DNA of 64,000 nt from Octopus sinensis (taxonomy: Eukaryota): contig NC_043004.1 in the NCBI RefSeq assembly GCF_006345805.1, positions 14,384,001 to 14,448,000 on the forward strand, given 5' to 3'. Numbering within the stretch: the stretch's first letter is position 1; each line of letters opens with the position of its first letter. A program made the position numbers and the translations under genes. Of the stretch, positions 60,824-64,000 are shown piece by piece. Under the pieces are notes generated by a model. It was not told the origin of the DNA. It was given only the letters and a program-made list of their open reading frames with translations, and did no database searches.

Positions 60824-63394
60824 ATACATATGCAGAAAAGGATAGAGATAGAAGCATGATATGTTTGGTAATACATACGAGTATAATATATATTTACTTA
60901 TATAATTTTCTTCGTATGTGTTTGTGCATACATTTCTATCCATATATATGCACATACATATATCTATGAGTAAATATACTTATGTATAGGTATACACACA
61001 CATACATGTGTGATATATATTGTCGAAAATTTGTATATGCATATATATACATATATGCTCATTTACATATAAATGTACATATGTACGCCTGTCCGTGTGT
61101 GTGTGTGTGTGTGTGTATGTGAGTGTGTTTGTGCGTGTGTGTGTGTGTAATGCATACTAAGCCAGATAAACTTCTTAGAAATGTGTATTAGACATATGTT
61201 CCTGTCTTGGACCCATCTTCATTTCTTAAAAGTTAATTATTTCTCTATTCAGAAAACAACGTAACTTTCTATAGAATCCTGCAAACTTATCGGTATCACG
61301 GTGAAAGTTTGACCATTTAATGGGTCAAAAACATACTTCCATTAAAGCAAGATATATTTGCCAATAGCGATGGCGTATAAAGTAATAAGAAGTGAAAGCT
61401 CCATTTACTTCAGTTACTTATTGGAAATGTAAAAATAAATTGTGTTTCTAAAATTGCAGTGTACTCCATCTTTATGTAACAGTGGAATCAAATGTAATTT
61501 TACATGGTCATTTAGTTGCAAAAGCAAATAAGCTTGCATTGAGACACTTCTTTTTCTTATTCTACTACAGTTTGATGGAGAATATCTTGGGTTATTTTAA
61601 TTGAAGATTTTAAGCAAATCTAAAACAATCGCATTTAGTCAATATATTTTTCGGAATCCATTATTTTAGAATCTATTATTTTAAGGATTTTATAAAATTG
61701 AAATTTCAAATAGAATCTGCATTACACCGCTTTGGATATTTCAGCACTTACAGCTATTTATAAAGCAAAACTAACGGAATTTATGAAGGCGAATTTCTTA
61801 GTGTCCAAGAATAAGAAAGCAGATTTCAATTTAAACGTATTGATCGAGGCAATTCATTACTTATAATCAGAGCAAGTGAAAGGAAATTAATTGAAGATTG
61901 AAAACATCGTGATGTAAATATACATGTTGCTCAGTGCAATGGTAGAAATTATCGACTTACGAAAGAATGTGATCCCACCTTGTAAGCAATTTTGATTTTC
62001 GTTCATACATTCGTTGTATATATGTCCACACTTTATTTAAACATTGATATGTAACCTATATTCAACATTACATCTTCACTACTTGGTGAAATCAAATTGA
62101 TGAATTTTACTGATATATTTGATAGAAATTGAAGTTAAAATTAAGTTAACTTGAAACAAACTGATCTTTGACTGGATGTATTCTTTCAGAACCTATCCAG
62201 AGAGTCAACTATGTGCTTTAATATATATTGCATTGATAGGAACGAAAATATCCCGGTTTATTTGCTAAAATACTGGATGTAATTTAAAGCAATGAAAGTG
62301 TTGCGTCAATCTCCAAATACTTTCAACAGAAAGCGGAAACGTATATTTCTTCCTTGTACCAAGTATAGTCACTTTGATTTTTGTTCAAATAATTAATTTG
62401 GTTTAGATCCCCAATCAATTAGACGAGTATATGTGGATGCAGGTCAAACACATGACGGCAATGTGTAATAGAGTAAATTTACATGAGTTTGCTGCCGCTG
62501 ATACAAATCCTATGACTCTTCGGAAGAGGCTGAAGCCGTAAGAGTAAAGTAATAATTGAAGCAACGTACCTATGAATTGTAACAAATTTGAAGGCGGGAC
62601 TGAATAACGTAATAAACAAATATACACTTGCATACTTTTGCAATATCTCAGTACTTGATTGCTATCTTTAAAACTCTGTTAAATATTAGACCTCACTGAT
62701 TATATAACACTACTATTTTGCTTTAACTGTATGTTCTTCTTTTAATTTTTTTAATTTTCATATCTGGAGATATAGATATGGTATTAGTGTTTCCGTAGTG
62801 TTATATCCAGTTACAGTTCATTCCTGGCACAAATAATCGTCCTTTCCTAATCGGATATCACTACACCAAAGAAAGTGAAAACTCTCAAATCTAATATAAT
62901 AAATGCGAAAACTAATTTCTGTTAGTCAGTGTGTCACACTTTGACCCCCTCTCTCTCTATTCAATGACACTCCTGTTATTCCTCATGATAGAGTCACAGT
63001 AATAGTAGCCATAGAAACGGTGAGGGCAGTGGTGAAGACAGAGAGGTGGGGGAGAATGAAAAAAAGAGATTTGATATTTTATTAAAGCTGTAGAGTTGAT
63101 GATAATGGGAATAATAATAAAAGAGAGAGAAAAAGTGGCTACGTGAGAGAAAGTGGGAGATGATGTACAACTTTGTTTAACCACGTCTCTTTGACAGAAA
63201 TTTCTGTCGCTAACATACTGAACACTTTCATTTTTGTTTTATTTTTTGCTTTTTTAACACACACACACACACTCAGAAATATATATATATAATACACTGT
63301 AATTGAAATAAACTTTACCCAAAATTAAACATACTTAATATAATAAATGCGAATGTCAGTGTGTCTCACTTTTTCAACTTTAATAAATCCTTTC

Positions 63395-63616
63395 TGATGG
63401 AATTACAAGGCCTCAGATTTTGGAGGAAGGGATTAAGTCGATTCTAATCGACTTAATCGTCTCCACCAATACGTAACTGGTATTAATTTTATGGACCCCG
63501 AAATGATGAAAGACATAGTCGATCTCGGCGGAATTCCAACTCAAAACCTAACGACAGTCGAAATACCGCTAAATATTTCGCCCAGCGTTCTAACGATTCT
63601 GCCTGCTCGACGCCTC
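63395..63616 (-). mobile_element. Diverged CORE-type SINE, tail type 2
   Basis: Reverse complement aligns to the head and CORE of 58997-59193. Confidence 0.75.
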
Positions 63617-63883
63617 AATATAATATAATAATATACTATAATATAATATAACATAATATAATCTAATATAATATAACATAATATAATATAATATAATATA
63701 ACATAATATAATATAATATAATATAATATAATATAATATAACATAATATACTATAATATAATATAACATAATATAATATAACATAATATAACATAATATA
63801 ATATAATATAATATAACATAATATAATATAATATAATATAATATAATATAATATAACATAACATAATATAATATAATATAATA
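63617..63883. repeat. (ATATA)/(ACATA) pentanucleotide microsatellite
   Basis: Directly visible. Confidence 0.95.
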
Positions 63884-64000
63884 TTTGTCAATGCCAGTGT
63901 GTCAGTGTATCACAATGTTTCAACTTTACTCCTAGAGGCTGTAGCCCTACATATCATACCATTTTGGAATTAGGCCGACTCCGTGAGTAAATTAAGAACA

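Overview
AT-rich, microsatellite-dense eukaryotic DNA with no intact host gene that I can support. The SINE families and repeat landscape suggest a cephalopod (octopus-like) genome; this is an inference. The window is intergenic or intronic and is a mosaic of decayed mobile elements. LINEs: a cluster of 5'-truncated R4/Dong-type elements in (TAA)n arrays, a young 5'-truncated CR1-type element, and L1/Tx1-type 3' fragments tied to (CTAT)n arrays. DNA elements: a broken Helitron RepHel, two non-autonomous Helitrons, one near full-length mariner, several Tc1/mariner relics and a Merlin-like MITE. There are at least five tRNA-derived SINE families. Almost all long ORFs in the supplied track are microsatellite translations. 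The most interesting signals are: (i) a tRNA-headed SINE ending in a Penelope-type minimal hammerhead-ribozyme-like motif; (ii) a CORE-type SINE whose last 43 nt match the 3' end of a Tx1 LINE in the same window; (iii) apparent microsatellite targeting by two LINE clades; (iv) a 31.9-38 kb rearrangement zone with a hairpin-rich 357-bp tandem repeat, two near-perfect long palindromes and local duplications. Coordinates were read by eye, so element boundaries may be off by a few bases.
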